A stretch of 63,639 nt of DNA, counting the filler, from a bacterium (GTDB lineage: Bacteria; JBBIVP01), in assembly GCA_037439705.1 (NCBI GenBank). It is 4 parts of 4 records of this genome, joined end to end, with 100 filler letters (N's around TTAATTAATTAA, not from the genome) between each part and the next. Parts side by side here need not be neighbours in the genome. Positions count along the whole stretch, not along the records: positions 48,111 to 63,639 come from JBBIVP010000027.1; 3 more parts are not named here. One strand, 5' to 3'. The translations under genes were made by a program, and so were the position numbers. This document shows positions 48,111 through 58,355 of this stretch, piece by piece. The first letter of the stretch is position 1; each line of letters begins with the position of its first letter. The notes under the pieces are model-generated. The model was not told the DNA's origin, did not search any database, and saw only the letters and a program-made list of their open reading frames with translations.

Positions 48111-48943
48111 ATTACCCTTGTGGTTTCTCTTGTTGGAGCAAATCCGAGTGAAGGATGGGTAGAGGTAAAGAGCATAACTGCAGGAACATCAAGAGCATCA
48201 GCCATGTGGAGGAGCCCTGTATCTCCTCCAAGAACTCCTTTTGAAACCTTAAAAATTTCCTTTAATTCAGAAAGACGAAAACTGCCGGCAACATTGTAAC
48301 ATCCCTTTCCTGCCATATTCTTTAACTCTTCTCCCCTCTTCCATTCGAAGGAAGAGCCAACTATGAAAAACGGAAAATTTTTTGATAGTTCCTTTGCCAC
48401 TTCAGCGTATCTTTCCATCTTCCATTCTTTGCTTCTTCTGCTTGCAAACGGCGCTATTATGAAGGGAGAAAGCGGGAATCCCCTCTTTTTCAGAATCTCT
48501 TCTCCATTGCCAATAGTTTCAAGGCGCGGTTTATAATCTGTTTTTTGGACGATGTCCTTCACCGTTTCATTGAACCTCAAATATAGAGGCGGAATATAAA
48601 TTCCTGTTTTTGAACGGACAAGTTTTCTTCTTTCCATTCTCATTCCATTGTAAATATGCCATGTGCCACCGGTTATTTTCCTCACGATGAAAGACCTTAA
48701 ACTTCTGTGTATATCTATTTTCAAATCCATTTCTTTTAAAAATTTTGCTATTTTCACCAGACCGTTTTCAGGAAAAAGTATTAATTTTGAAACCCTTTCA
48801 TCCTTTTCATAAATTCCCTTATAATCCCATTTTGTTATGAAAAATACCTCAGCGTCGGGTATCTCTTTTTTTATGGTTTCAACGAGAGAAGAAGCAATAA
48901 TTACATCACCCAGGGAACTGAGCCTTACTATCCCTGCTTTCAA
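48111..48943 (-). CDS. Glycosyltransferase family 9 (LPS heptosyltransferase-like), 3' truncated
   Basis: RLSSLGDV, APFAS..SKEW, GDTGLLHMADAL. Confidence 0.9.
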
Positions 48944-48944
48944 T

Positions 48945-50984
48945 TTATCTTTCTAAATAATCCCTCACAATCTTCAAAAATCCCGCCTTGTCAAAATTCC
49001 TTTTTGAGATATAAACATCCGATCCTGCTTCCTTTGCTCTCCTCATCTCCCTTTCATCTGTGATTGAGGATACAATCACAACGGGTTTTTTTGAGGTAAC
49101 TGGATTGTTTTTTATTATTTTTGTAAGTTCTATTCCGTCAAGGACTGGCATCTGAATGTCAACGACAAACAGATCATAAACTTTTGAATTCAACATCTTC
49201 AATGCTTCGCCTCCGTGCATTGCTGTATCCACCTCAAATCCTGCAAGTTCAAGGATGTTTTTCTCTATCATAAGCGTAGTTATTGAGTCTTCAACAAGAA
49301 GTATTTTTTTCTTTTTTTCCTTTATTTCCTCTACAATTCTTGGCGATACCCTTTCAAAGAACATCTCTGCCAGGTCGTTTACATTTAGAACAATTATTGG
49401 AAGTCCCTCCTCTGAAATGGTAATTCCGGCGATAAGTTTCATTCCTTCAAGTAGAGCGGAAGGAGATTTTATTATGTGCTCTTCATCCGATGTAAAATCG
49501 GATACTTTTATTCCGAAAATTTTCTCCCCGCTTTTTAAAATTATCACATAGATGAAATCCTTACCATCAGAGAGGGAGAAATCTTCAAAGCCGAGAAGGA
49601 ATGAAAGCGGTTTAACGGGTACGGGTTTCTTTTCAAACTCTATGTAGGCATCGGAATCCCTGAAAATGACCTCTTCCCTCTTTACGCGGAGTATTTTTAT
49701 AACATCGTTAACAGGAATTATGACTTCTTCAATATCCTTTACCTTTATTCCCTTTATGGTAAATGAAGTTCTCGGAAATATTAGGCTTATTTTTGTTCCT
49801 TTATTTTTATGGGTTTCAACCCTTACCTCTCCCCTCATTTCTGTAATTATAGCCTTTACCACATCCATTCCCACCCCTCTTCCTGAAACCTCAGTTATTT
49901 CTTCCTTTGTTGATATTCCATGTTCAAACATAAGTGCGATTTTTTCGTTTTCCGGCAACTTATCTGCTTTCGTTCTGTTTATCAATCCAGTTTCAATTGC
50001 TCTTTCAACAAGTTTATCAAGGTTTATTCCAGCGCCATCATCCTTTACGGAGATTTTTATCATCTCCCCCTCTAAATCTACTGAAACCTCAACGAGCCCC
50101 TCTTCCGGCTTGTTCAGGGCTCTCCTTACCTCGGGGGTTTCTATTCCATGGTCAACAGCATTTCTTATTATGTGAATGAGCGCTGGTTTTATTTTCTCAA
50201 GGTCTACTTTATCAAGTTCATTTTCTCCACCCTTTATTGAAAATTTTATCTTCTTTTTGTTTTCTTCTGCGGTATCCCTTGCAATTCTTCTCAGTTCATC
50301 AGCAACCTCTGAAAAGGGGACAAATCTCATGAAAAGAGAGGTCTGATGTATGTTTTCAACAAGTGCTGATAATTCTTCGTAAGTATTTTTGAAATCTTCG
50401 GTAAGTTCATAGAAGACAGATGAAATTCTTTCTGTAAGTGGTTTTATCTTTTCTTCCGGAACAAGCCCTCTCAGATACTCCGCTATCTCCTCCTTTAATT
50501 CCCGTTTTACCGATTCATAGCTCTCTATCTTTCCCTTCAATTTTATCTTTTGGATGAAAAGTTCGCTTGCGTGATCAATAATTGATTCTACTTTTTCCTT
50601 AGGTATCCTTAAAACCTCAATGGTTTTTTTTGGTTCTTCTTTTGGTTTTTCCTCTACCCTTACCTCTTCTTTCTTTTCCTCTCCTTTTAAAAGGTTTTTT
50701 ATTTCATCAATTCCCCTGAGGATCCTGTTTATTGTTTCGGAAGTCACGGATTTACCGGAATCAATCTCTTTAAAAATGTCTTCAATGCGGTGAGCTATTT
50801 TGCCAATTTCTTCAAGCCCTAAAAGTCGGGCAGAACCTTTTATTGTATGGGCTGCTCTCATTCCTTCTTTTATAAGTTCAGGCAATGCACCCTTTGATTC
50901 AATATCAAGGACAATTTTTTCAAGAGCGGAAAGGTGAGAACTTGCCTCATCTTTAAATATATCAAGGTACTTCTCCTCTACCAT
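48945..50984 (-). CDS. cheA: Hybrid CheA (Hpt-HATPase-CheW-REC)
   Basis: AHTIKG, HIIRNAVDHGIE, DDGAG, SGRGVGMDVV, C-terminal REC (LLVEDS, VVDIQMP). Confidence 0.95.
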   Translation of the reverse strand: MVEEKYLDIFKDEASSHLSALEKIVLDIESKGALPELIKEGMRAAHTIKGSARLLGLEEIGKIAHRIEDIFKEIDSGKSVTSETINRILRGIDEIKNLLKGEEKKEEVRVEEKPKEEPKKTIEVLRIPKEKVESIIDHASELFIQKIKLKGKIESYESVKRELKEEIAEYLRGLVPEEKIKPLTERISSVFYELTEDFKNTYEELSALVENIHQTSLFMRFVPFSEVADELRRIARDTAEENKKKIKFSIKGGENELDKVDLEKIKPALIHIIRNAVDHGIETPEVRRALNKPEEGLVEVSVDLEGEMIKISVKDDGAGINLDKLVERAIETGLINRTKADKLPENEKIALMFEHGISTKEEITEVSGRGVGMDVVKAIITEMRGEVRVETHKNKGTKISLIFPRTSFTIKGIKVKDIEEVIIPVNDVIKILRVKREEVIFRDSDAYIEFEKKPVPVKPLSFLLGFEDFSLSDGKDFIYVIILKSGEKIFGIKVSDFTSDEEHIIKSPSALLEGMKLIAGITISEEGLPIIVLNVNDLAEMFFERVSPRIVEEIKEKKKKILLVEDSITTLMIEKNILELAGFEVDTAMHGGEALKMLNSKVYDLFVVDIQMPVLDGIELTKIIKNNPVTSKKPVVIVSSITDEREMRRAKEAGSDVYISKRNFDKAGFLKIVRDYLER

Positions 50985-51475
50985 CTTTTTATCCTCTTCC
51001 TTATTTCTTCAAATATAGAGGAGGGGTTCAGGATGGGGATGAGAACCTCTTTTTCTTTTATGAACCCGCTCAAAAAGGCACTTTCCCCGGAACTTTCTTC
51101 TTGAGGAAATAGTTCATCTTCATTTTCAATTCTTCTGAAAACCGGATACTCGTTTATGAATATTCCTGCACTGTAATATCCATCGGAAATCAGAAACGTC
51201 AAAATCCTTTTCATTTCAGGTTTTTCAGTTTTAATGAATTCTGATATTTCCAGAATTGGAATTATTTTCCCGAGGTGCGAGATTATCCCTTTTATGAAGG
51301 TAGGAGAAAGCGGGAGTGTTTTAATTGGAGGAGGTGGAATTACTCCCCTCGCATACTCAAACGGAACAGCGAAAAATGAATTCTTTCTTTTAGCTATGAT
51401 AAGAAATTTCTCATCTTCTTCCAGTGCTTTAAATAGTTTGCTTCTTATTTCGCTTCTTATGTCCATTTTATACAA
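50978..51475 (-). CDS. cheW: CheW adaptor
   Basis: FAVP, LPLSPTFIKGII..GKIIPIL, IPILNP; lies in the che cluster. Confidence 0.85.
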   Translation of the reverse strand: MYKMDIRSEIRSKLFKALEEDEKFLIIAKRKNSFFAVPFEYARGVIPPPPIKTLPLSPTFIKGIISHLGKIIPILEISEFIKTEKPEMKRILTFLISDGYYSAGIFINEYPVFRRIENEDELFPQEESSGESAFLSGFIKEKEVLIPILNPSSIFEEIRKRIKRW

Positions 51476-52763
51476 GAATTTCTTTTAGGTCGTTTATATA
51501 CCTTTTTAAAGCAGTCAGTCCACCAGCGGGGAGAAATGTTTTGGAGGCGAGCTCATCCGAGAGAAATTTTTCAGCCATTTCAAGTTCAAAACTTGCCTTT
51601 TCAGGTTCTTTAAGGTGAAGGTGAACGAGGGCTTTTGCGACCCTTATCTGTGGAAGAGTTTCTCCTTTTTCTACAGCTTTTGTCAGAAATTCTAAAGCCT
51701 TATCAAACCTTTTTGTGCTCATTGATATAATCCCTTTTAGATAATAAACCTCTGGAAGCGGGTCTGATGAAATTGGTTCAATATAAGATAGTGCATTTTC
51801 AATCATTCCCTTTTCAAGTGAGATAAAAGCAAGCCCTGCTCTTGCCACGGGATGCCCAGAACCTGCCAGGATTTCCTTAAAAATCCTTTCTGCCTTTTCA
51901 ATCTCTCCATTGTTAAAATATATGAAACCCTCTTTAATTTTTTCCGAAATGGGAGGTTCTTTTTTTACCTCTATGATTTCTTCTATCTTTCTTTCTTTTT
52001 CTTTAGGCTTTTTTGGTTTTCTGTAGATAAACAAAGAATTGTCAATCGCTTGTATTTCAAGTTTCATATCGGGCATTATGTCTGTGTGACCGAAGAGTAT
52101 TATTCCCCCTTCTTTCAGCATTGAAAGTGCATTTTCCACTACCTTCTCAATTTTATCCTTTGCCATGTATATAAGCACATTTCTGAAGAATATAACATGA
52201 AAGTAATCAAGGAATTTATCGGAAGGCTCCATTATGTTAACCCTGTAAATTCCGTCTTTTTCCTCCTGAATGAAGATTTTTAAATTGTCCTTTATACCCT
52301 CCCTGAAAGAGGATTTTAAAAAAACTCCTTCCTTTGCCCTTTCTATTAGTTCCCTGTTTAAATCCAATCCTATTACTCTTACCCTCCACCATTCAGGAAC
52401 AGCGCTTTCAATGGTTATTGCTATTGAATATACTTCCTCACCCCTGCCACAGCCTATGCTTGCTATGTTTATATCCTTATAGTTTTTTAATAAATCCGGA
52501 AGGATTTTTTTTCTCAAAAATTCAAACTGTCTCGTGTACCTGAAAAAATATCCTTCAGGAACTGTGAAGTGGGAAATAATTCTTTGAAACCTGTCAGAAT
52601 CCCATGGGAGTTTATCAATGGAGTGAAGAATACCTTCTTCTTTGAGGTCTTCCACCTCTTTTAAAAAACTCTTTGTTATTCCCTTCCTTCTCCAGTCTAT
52701 GCCGGTTTTTTCCTTCAGAACCGACAAAACCCATTCCACATGTATAGGAATCTCTCCGTTCAC
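51468..52763 (-). CDS. cheR: CheR methyltransferase fused to TPRs (WspC/FrzF-like)
   Basis: EGYFFR, SIGCGRGEEVYS, GLDLN, IFFRNVLIY, C-terminal TPRs. Confidence 0.9.
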   Translation of the reverse strand: MNGEIPIHVEWVLSVLKEKTGIDWRRKGITKSFLKEVEDLKEEGILHSIDKLPWDSDRFQRIISHFTVPEGYFFRYTRQFEFLRKKILPDLLKNYKDINIASIGCGRGEEVYSIAITIESAVPEWWRVRVIGLDLNRELIERAKEGVFLKSSFREGIKDNLKIFIQEEKDGIYRVNIMEPSDKFLDYFHVIFFRNVLIYMAKDKIEKVVENALSMLKEGGIILFGHTDIMPDMKLEIQAIDNSLFIYRKPKKPKEKERKIEEIIEVKKEPPISEKIKEGFIYFNNGEIEKAERIFKEILAGSGHPVARAGLAFISLEKGMIENALSYIEPISSDPLPEVYYLKGIISMSTKRFDKALEFLTKAVEKGETLPQIRVAKALVHLHLKEPEKASFELEMAEKFLSDELASKTFLPAGGLTALKRYINDLKEILV

Positions 52764-52773
52764 AATTTTTATA

Positions 52774-54150
52774 TTAAATCATACTTTTTAAAATCTCAAG
52801 GAGTGGTTCAAGTCCTTCTGATATAGTGCTCGCTTTTGCTGCATTCTCTGCAATGTGATGTGCTACCTCACTTACATCTTCAAGAGCCTTTGCCATCTGA
52901 GAGGTTGATGAAACCTGCTGATCCGTTGACTTTTTTATATCCTGTGCTATTTTGAGGGTTGATTCTGCTGATTTTTTAAGTTCATCAAATATGTATTTTA
53001 ATGTTGCAATTGATTTTGTAAGTTCATCAAAGGCTCTTATTCCTTCATCGGTTGCCATCACGGTCTTTGTTATTGACGAGTTTATCTCGGAAACTATCTT
53101 CTTTATTTCCTCGGTAGCATTTCTCGTCCTTCCCGATAATGCCCTTATCTCATTGGCAACAACACCAAATCTTCTCCCGCTTTCACCTGCACCGATTGCT
53201 TCAATTGTTGCATTTACTGAAAGAAGGTTTGTTTGCTCGGATATATCTTCAATCAATTCTGTTATATTTCCAATTCTTTTTGAAAGTTCGTTCAATTCCA
53301 TTATCCTTGAAGAAAGGTTTGTTATCCTCTCTTTTGTAAGAGAAATTCCATTTATAATTTTTGAAACTTCCTCTTCGCTCTGTTCTGTCAGGAGGACTCC
53401 GCTTTTTGAGGCACCCTCAACCTGATGGCTCATTTCAGCAATCTGATGGGCGCTGTTTGCCAGTTCTTCAGAAGCTGCTGAAAGTTCTGTTACAGAGGCT
53501 GCCTGTTCAGCAGTTCCAGTTTTTACTTCTATGTATATATTTTTTGTCTCCTTTATGGAATCTCCAAGAAGAAACACTTTTTCTCTCAAGGGTTTAACTA
53601 TTTCAAAGTGATTGAAAAGAGCACCTGCAAGAAGAATGAGAGCAGTTAATGAAAAATAAATTATTACTGCTAAAAGGACCCCTTCTTTTAAAACCTTTTT
53701 CATTTTCTCTGTTGAAACTGCAAGAAACACATAAATGGTTTTATCGCCCTCCACAATTTTTTTTCCATAAATCATTTCTCCCTTCATTTTTTTTCTCAAT
53801 TCTCCATTCATCAATTCTATCTGTGGAAATTCATACTCTCCTGCCTTTAACTCCATATTTCCTCTTATGAGGATTCCCTTTAATTCATCACTTAAAAACC
53901 CTTTTAAAATTTTTTCTTTTAAGGTTTCGTCAATCCCTTCTTCAAAAAGAACCGCCTTTACCCTTTCAATTGTTGAAACTGCGTGATTTTCCATACTGGA
54001 AACTTGATTATTTCTTATAGTTAATAAAAACCCCAGTGATAGAAAAAAAGCCATTCCACCGCTTGTAAGAAGCATCTGGATTATGAGCTTAGTTGGAAGA
54101 CTCATGTTTTCTTTTACCCATTTAAAATATTTTTTTATTAACGAGGTCAT
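52774..54150 (-). CDS. Methyl-accepting chemotaxis protein
   Basis: Two TM segments, signalling tip ISEQTNLLSVNATIEA..AGE.GRRFGVVA.EIR.L; ATG 54150 follows a purine-rich SD. Confidence 0.93.
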   Translation of the reverse strand: MTSLIKKYFKWVKENMSLPTKLIIQMLLTSGGMAFFLSLGFLLTIRNNQVSSMENHAVSTIERVKAVLFEEGIDETLKEKILKGFLSDELKGILIRGNMELKAGEYEFPQIELMNGELRKKMKGEMIYGKKIVEGDKTIYVFLAVSTEKMKKVLKEGVLLAVIIYFSLTALILLAGALFNHFEIVKPLREKVFLLGDSIKETKNIYIEVKTGTAEQAASVTELSAASEELANSAHQIAEMSHQVEGASKSGVLLTEQSEEEVSKIINGISLTKERITNLSSRIMELNELSKRIGNITELIEDISEQTNLLSVNATIEAIGAGESGRRFGVVANEIRALSGRTRNATEEIKKIVSEINSSITKTVMATDEGIRAFDELTKSIATLKYIFDELKKSAESTLKIAQDIKKSTDQQVSSTSQMAKALEDVSEVAHHIAENAAKASTISEGLEPLLEILKSMI

Positions 54151-54210
54151 TTTTCCCTTTCCCTCATTTTTAACATTTAAAAATGATAAAGTCAATACAT
54201 TATCGAGCAT

Positions 54211-54240
54211 TTGCAAGATTTTGGACAGAAATGTTAAAAT
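54211..54240 (+). promoter_or_regulatory. Putative extended -10 sigma70 promoter of proB, leaderless
   Basis: TTGCAA (54211-54216) and TGnTAAAAT (54232-54240), 6 nt before ATG 54247. Confidence 0.55.
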
Positions 54241-54246
54241 AGAAAA

Positions 54247-55362
54247 ATGGACATTAAAAATTTTAAAAGAATTGTTATAAAAATCGGAAGCTCTGTTCTC
54301 AAAAAAGATTCAGGGATAAATCCTGAGACAATAAGAAGAATCGCAAAAGAAGTGGCTGAACTTGTAAAAGATGGAAAAGAAGTTATCATTGTCTCATCGG
54401 GTGCAATCCTTTTTGGAAGATATGTCCTTGGCCTAAAGAAGGAAACCATTCCATTAAAGGAAAAACAGGCACTCGCTGCAATAGGGCAGGTCTTCCTTAT
54501 GAACGAATACAGGAATGCCTTCAGAAGATATGGACTCAAAGTGGCCCAGATTCTTCTCACGCATGCGGATTTTGATGACCTTGAGAGGTGGAAGAAAAGC
54601 AGAGATACAATAGAATGCCTTTTGTCAAAGAAGGTTATTCCAGTTATCAATGAAAACGATACAGTTGCTACCGAAGAAATAAAAATAGGAGACAACGATC
54701 ATTTATCCGCGATGGTGGCAATCAGAACAGCTGCTGATTTTTTGCTCATCCTTACTGATACTCCTTATGTCTTCAGAATTGAAAAAATGGATGGGAAGAA
54801 GAAAAAAATTCCGGTGAGAGAAGTAAAGGATGAAAGGGAGATTGAAGACCTGATGAGGTCAGCAAAAGGGGCTTCCTCAAAAGAAACTGTTGGAGGTATG
54901 ACAACAAAACTCAGAGCAGCAAAAATGGGAATGAAAGCTGGGTTATATGTTGCAATTGTAAACGGAAAGGAGAAGGGTAGCATCTCTTCGATAAAAACGG
55001 GAAGGGTTGAAGGGACGATTTTTTATCCATCCGGTCAGGTCTCTTCTGTGAAGAAATTTCTTTTATCCGTAAAGAATGAAAAGGGAGAAATAGTTATAGA
55101 TGATGGAGCAATGAAAGCTATTCTCAAAGAGAAAAGGAGCCTTCTTCCGGTCGGGATAATTGATGTGAGAGGAAAATTTCCAGAAAAGAGCGTGGTTAGA
55201 ATTCTTTCAAAAGATGGAAAAGTAATTGGAAAGGGAAGGGTTAACATGAATTCCGAACTAATAAAAATGATAAGGGGAAAGAAGACATGGGAAATAAAAA
55301 ACCTTCTTGGAAATTTTCCGGACGAGGTGATTCACAGTGATTATATGGTTTTCTTTGAATAG
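54247..55362 (+). CDS. proB: Glutamate 5-kinase
   Basis: VIKIGSS, VSSGA, AAIGQ, INENDTV, GDNDHLS, GGM.TK, PUA domain (SLLPVGI). Confidence 0.96.
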   Translation: MDIKNFKRIVIKIGSSVLKKDSGINPETIRRIAKEVAELVKDGKEVIIVSSGAILFGRYVLGLKKETIPLKEKQALAAIGQVFLMNEYRNAFRRYGLKVAQILLTHADFDDLERWKKSRDTIECLLSKKVIPVINENDTVATEEIKIGDNDHLSAMVAIRTAADFLLILTDTPYVFRIEKMDGKKKKIPVREVKDEREIEDLMRSAKGASSKETVGGMTTKLRAAKMGMKAGLYVAIVNGKEKGSISSIKTGRVEGTIFYPSGQVSSVKKFLLSVKNEKGEIVIDDGAMKAILKEKRSLLPVGIIDVRGKFPEKSVVRILSKDGKVIGKGRVNMNSELIKMIRGKKTWEIKNLLGNFPDEVIHSDYMVFFE

Positions 55363-55426
55363 GTTTTATGTATTGGAAAAGGGAGCAGTCTACTTTTTGG
55401 TTGCTTAATTTCTAATCCCGCAATTC

Positions 55427-57061
55427 CTAATTCCTTTTCTTCATATAAATTCCTCCGCCATAATTTGAGCGGTCGGAGAGGTCAAGGGGGTCAAATGCTG
55501 ATTTTACCTTTTCCTGCCATATATGAAAATTTCCATATCTCTTTCCTATCTCAATTATCCTTTCCCCAGTGTCCATATTTGAATCTCCAACGCACAGGCC
55601 TATATCGTTGGGTTCAAATCCAAGTTTTTCTTCCATAAGATTTTCTCTTTCCTCTCTCACAACTTCCCTTACCTCCTGAACGGATAAAGGATCTGCTGCA
55701 TCGTAATGAAATTCCATTTCCATATATATGTACGCGTTGTTTTCAAATGAATTGTGGTATGTTGAATCTTCACCATCTGCAAGAATTTTTCCCCTTTCAA
55801 TGAACTTTTTCTTCAATTTTTCCTGAGGAATCCCCATGTGCTTTATCACTGCATCCGCGGTTCCCATGTATCCTGCACTTATCACAAATCCTCCCGCATG
55901 ATGAATGAAATGGGTATCATTTCCAATAAGACCAACAAGCATTTCTTCCCCACCAAATTTTTGGAGTGGTCCTTCTTTGAAAACCGGGAGTATTTTTCCA
56001 TTACATTCCTCTATGATTTCATAAAGGACTTTCTTTTTGAAGTTAAACTCCCTTTCCGTGTTTGCAAATACCATTGCAACGCATGGATGTTTTATGAGTT
56101 CCTTGGCGGAAGAAATAAAACCGGATTCAAACCACTGTTCAAATATTTCCTTATTTGACAGTGCACCAGCAAAAGTAACCAGGTGCTCTATGCTTCCAGC
56201 CCTTATAAGGCAATAAGCTATTTCTTCCTCTCCTGCTCTGTAAAAGAAATTTGCCAGAGTCTCATAGGTATCAAAGGTGGGAATGGCAACCTCTATAAAT
56301 TTTGGAAGATTTTTTATTGAGTAAGCGGAGATAAGTCCTGTTGGTTCAGTTTCAAGCACGGGTGGACCTGGCCAGTTGTGAAGTTTTATTCCTACCTTTG
56401 TAAAAATTCCAAGTCCACCCTGAGCACCGCAATGTCCCCTCATTATTCCTCTTAAACTTGGACCGGGACCATCCCCTGTAAACCATTCGTTTGGTGGTCC
56501 CAGTTTGAGAATTTCGCCCGTTGGAAGCACCCATTCAACTCCAAGAACATTTCTTCCGTTGTGTCCACCGTGATTGCCAAATGTGTTCATTCCCCATCCC
56601 GATGTCAGGTTTGCAAGAACAGATGCCTGTGAGCCTGCCTGAATTGGCGTGGTAAACAGTCCCACTTTCATTGCCTCTGCCTGAAGTTGAGCCCATACCA
56701 CATAGGGTTCAACTACCGCAAACTTGTTCTTTTCGTCAAGTTCAATTATCCTGTTCATCCTTCTTAAGTCTATGACGAGAACATTTTCCTGCCCGGGAAG
56801 TGAATGGCTTCCGTAACCTGTAGAAAGCGCCTTGAACTTTATTCTGTAAGAATTACATACCTTTACTATTTTTTGAACCTCCTCTGTGCTCTTCGGAAGA
56901 ATGACTGCAAGTGGTCTGTGTTCCATAAATTTTGAAGGAGCTGAACGGGGAAGGAATTCGGTTAACCAGTTAAATGAATAGGTTTCAAGAATGACAGGGT
57001 CATCTGATATGTTTTCAGGTCCTACAATCTCCTCAAAAATTCTGTAAATCTCCCTTTCCAC
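55427..57061 (-). CDS. FAD-binding oxidoreductase (VAO/PCMH, GlcD-like)
   Basis: VILPKSTEEV, STGYG, DLRRMNRIIE, VEPYV, VEWVLPTGE, GGLGIFTK, K..FDP. Confidence 0.88.
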   Translation of the reverse strand: MEREIYRIFEEIVGPENISDDPVILETYSFNWLTEFLPRSAPSKFMEHRPLAVILPKSTEEVQKIVKVCNSYRIKFKALSTGYGSHSLPGQENVLVIDLRRMNRIIELDEKNKFAVVEPYVVWAQLQAEAMKVGLFTTPIQAGSQASVLANLTSGWGMNTFGNHGGHNGRNVLGVEWVLPTGEILKLGPPNEWFTGDGPGPSLRGIMRGHCGAQGGLGIFTKVGIKLHNWPGPPVLETEPTGLISAYSIKNLPKFIEVAIPTFDTYETLANFFYRAGEEEIAYCLIRAGSIEHLVTFAGALSNKEIFEQWFESGFISSAKELIKHPCVAMVFANTEREFNFKKKVLYEIIEECNGKILPVFKEGPLQKFGGEEMLVGLIGNDTHFIHHAGGFVISAGYMGTADAVIKHMGIPQEKLKKKFIERGKILADGEDSTYHNSFENNAYIYMEMEFHYDAADPLSVQEVREVVREERENLMEEKLGFEPNDIGLCVGDSNMDTGERIIEIGKRYGNFHIWQEKVKSAFDPLDLSDRSNYGGGIYMKKRN

Positions 57062-57071
57062 CTTTTCCTCC

Positions 57072-58346
57072 TTATTTTATTGAATCATATAAGAGTTCCA
57101 CTATGTTAATAATTTTCAAAGCTCCATTGTTTTTATTTGCGTCCATGAAGTTCTTTTCACACCACGGACAGGCTGTAATGAGGGCTGAAGCACCTGTATA
57201 TGATGCCTCCTCAAGTCTTTCTAACGCGGTTTTTTGTGCAAAATCAGGAAATGCTGACCTCGCTCCTGCCCCTGAACCGCAGCAGAAGCTGTATTCCATC
57301 CTCCTTTCCATTTCCACGAATTTTATTCCGGGGATACTTTTCAGAATCTCCCTCGGTTCTTCATATATTCCATTAAATCCATGAATCTTTGGAATATCTT
57401 TTATGGGAAGGGTGTTGAGTTCAATCCTTTCCTTTCCGTGAGAGGGGATTCTTGGCTCAGAGAGTCTTCCTAAATGACACGGGTCATTATAGGTTACAGC
57501 CATATCAATTCTTTTTCTTGGTTTTATTTTTCCATCCCTTATGAGACTCCAGAGAAATTCAACTGAATGCATCACCCTGAAGTTCATCTTCTTTTCCAGC
57601 CTCGGATATTTTGATTTGAACAATCCATAACAACCCGCACAGGATGTGAGAAGGATTTCTATTCCCATCTCGTTAAATTTTTCTATGTTTTCTTCTGCAA
57701 ATTTTTTGAAAGTCTCTTCATCTCCGATCATGTAGGCAGGACTTGAACAGCACTTTTCTTCGTTGCCAAGTATGCCAACATCAACATCGTTCTCAACGAG
57801 GATTTTCAGGGTTTTTCTTGCAATTTCCTTCAGACCGGGTTCATAAGAATAGGTGCATCCAGCAAAATAAAGGACGGAGACTCTCTCTTTCCTTGCATCC
57901 CTGACATTTATTCCCCTTGCCCATTCACCCCTTCTTCCCCTTGGCTGCATCCATACATTATCGTAGTTTTTTAAACTGTCAAGAATGGGTTTGTGCCCCG
58001 GAAGGGGTGCCTGTCCATCTTTGAAACATCTTATTCTGAACTCATGTAAAATCTCCCAGACCTCCATGTCGGTTCCTATTTTACAGGTGAGGTCACACAT
58101 TCCGCAGAGGGAGCAGTTATAAATTACCTCAAGGAGTTTTGGCGAATATCCTATTCTTCCCTCAAGAAATGAAAGGGCAAGTATCAATTTTCCACCACCT
58201 GAATAGGCATGAAAGTTTTTCTGGATTATGCTCGGGCATCCGTAGGCAAACCTCCAGCTTTTTATAAGAGAAGAAAGTGGAATGAATTTGCATACCGAAC
58301 ATCTAACACACCTCATCATATCCTTTTTGTAATCTTCAAGAGCCAT
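57072..58346 (-). CDS. Fe-S oxidoreductase with two CCG domains (GlcF/HdrD-like)
   Basis: CVRCSVC, CSLCGMCDLTC, FAGC, EKCC, SCAGC, DPCHLGR, CCGSG, ACPWC. Confidence 0.9.
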   Translation of the reverse strand: MALEDYKKDMMRCVRCSVCKFIPLSSLIKSWRFAYGCPSIIQKNFHAYSGGGKLILALSFLEGRIGYSPKLLEVIYNCSLCGMCDLTCKIGTDMEVWEILHEFRIRCFKDGQAPLPGHKPILDSLKNYDNVWMQPRGRRGEWARGINVRDARKERVSVLYFAGCTYSYEPGLKEIARKTLKILVENDVDVGILGNEEKCCSSPAYMIGDEETFKKFAEENIEKFNEMGIEILLTSCAGCYGLFKSKYPRLEKKMNFRVMHSVEFLWSLIRDGKIKPRKRIDMAVTYNDPCHLGRLSEPRIPSHGKERIELNTLPIKDIPKIHGFNGIYEEPREILKSIPGIKFVEMERRMEYSFCCGSGAGARSAFPDFAQKTALERLEEASYTGASALITACPWCEKNFMDANKNNGALKIINIVELLYDSIK

Positions 58347-58355
58347 TTCTTTCTC

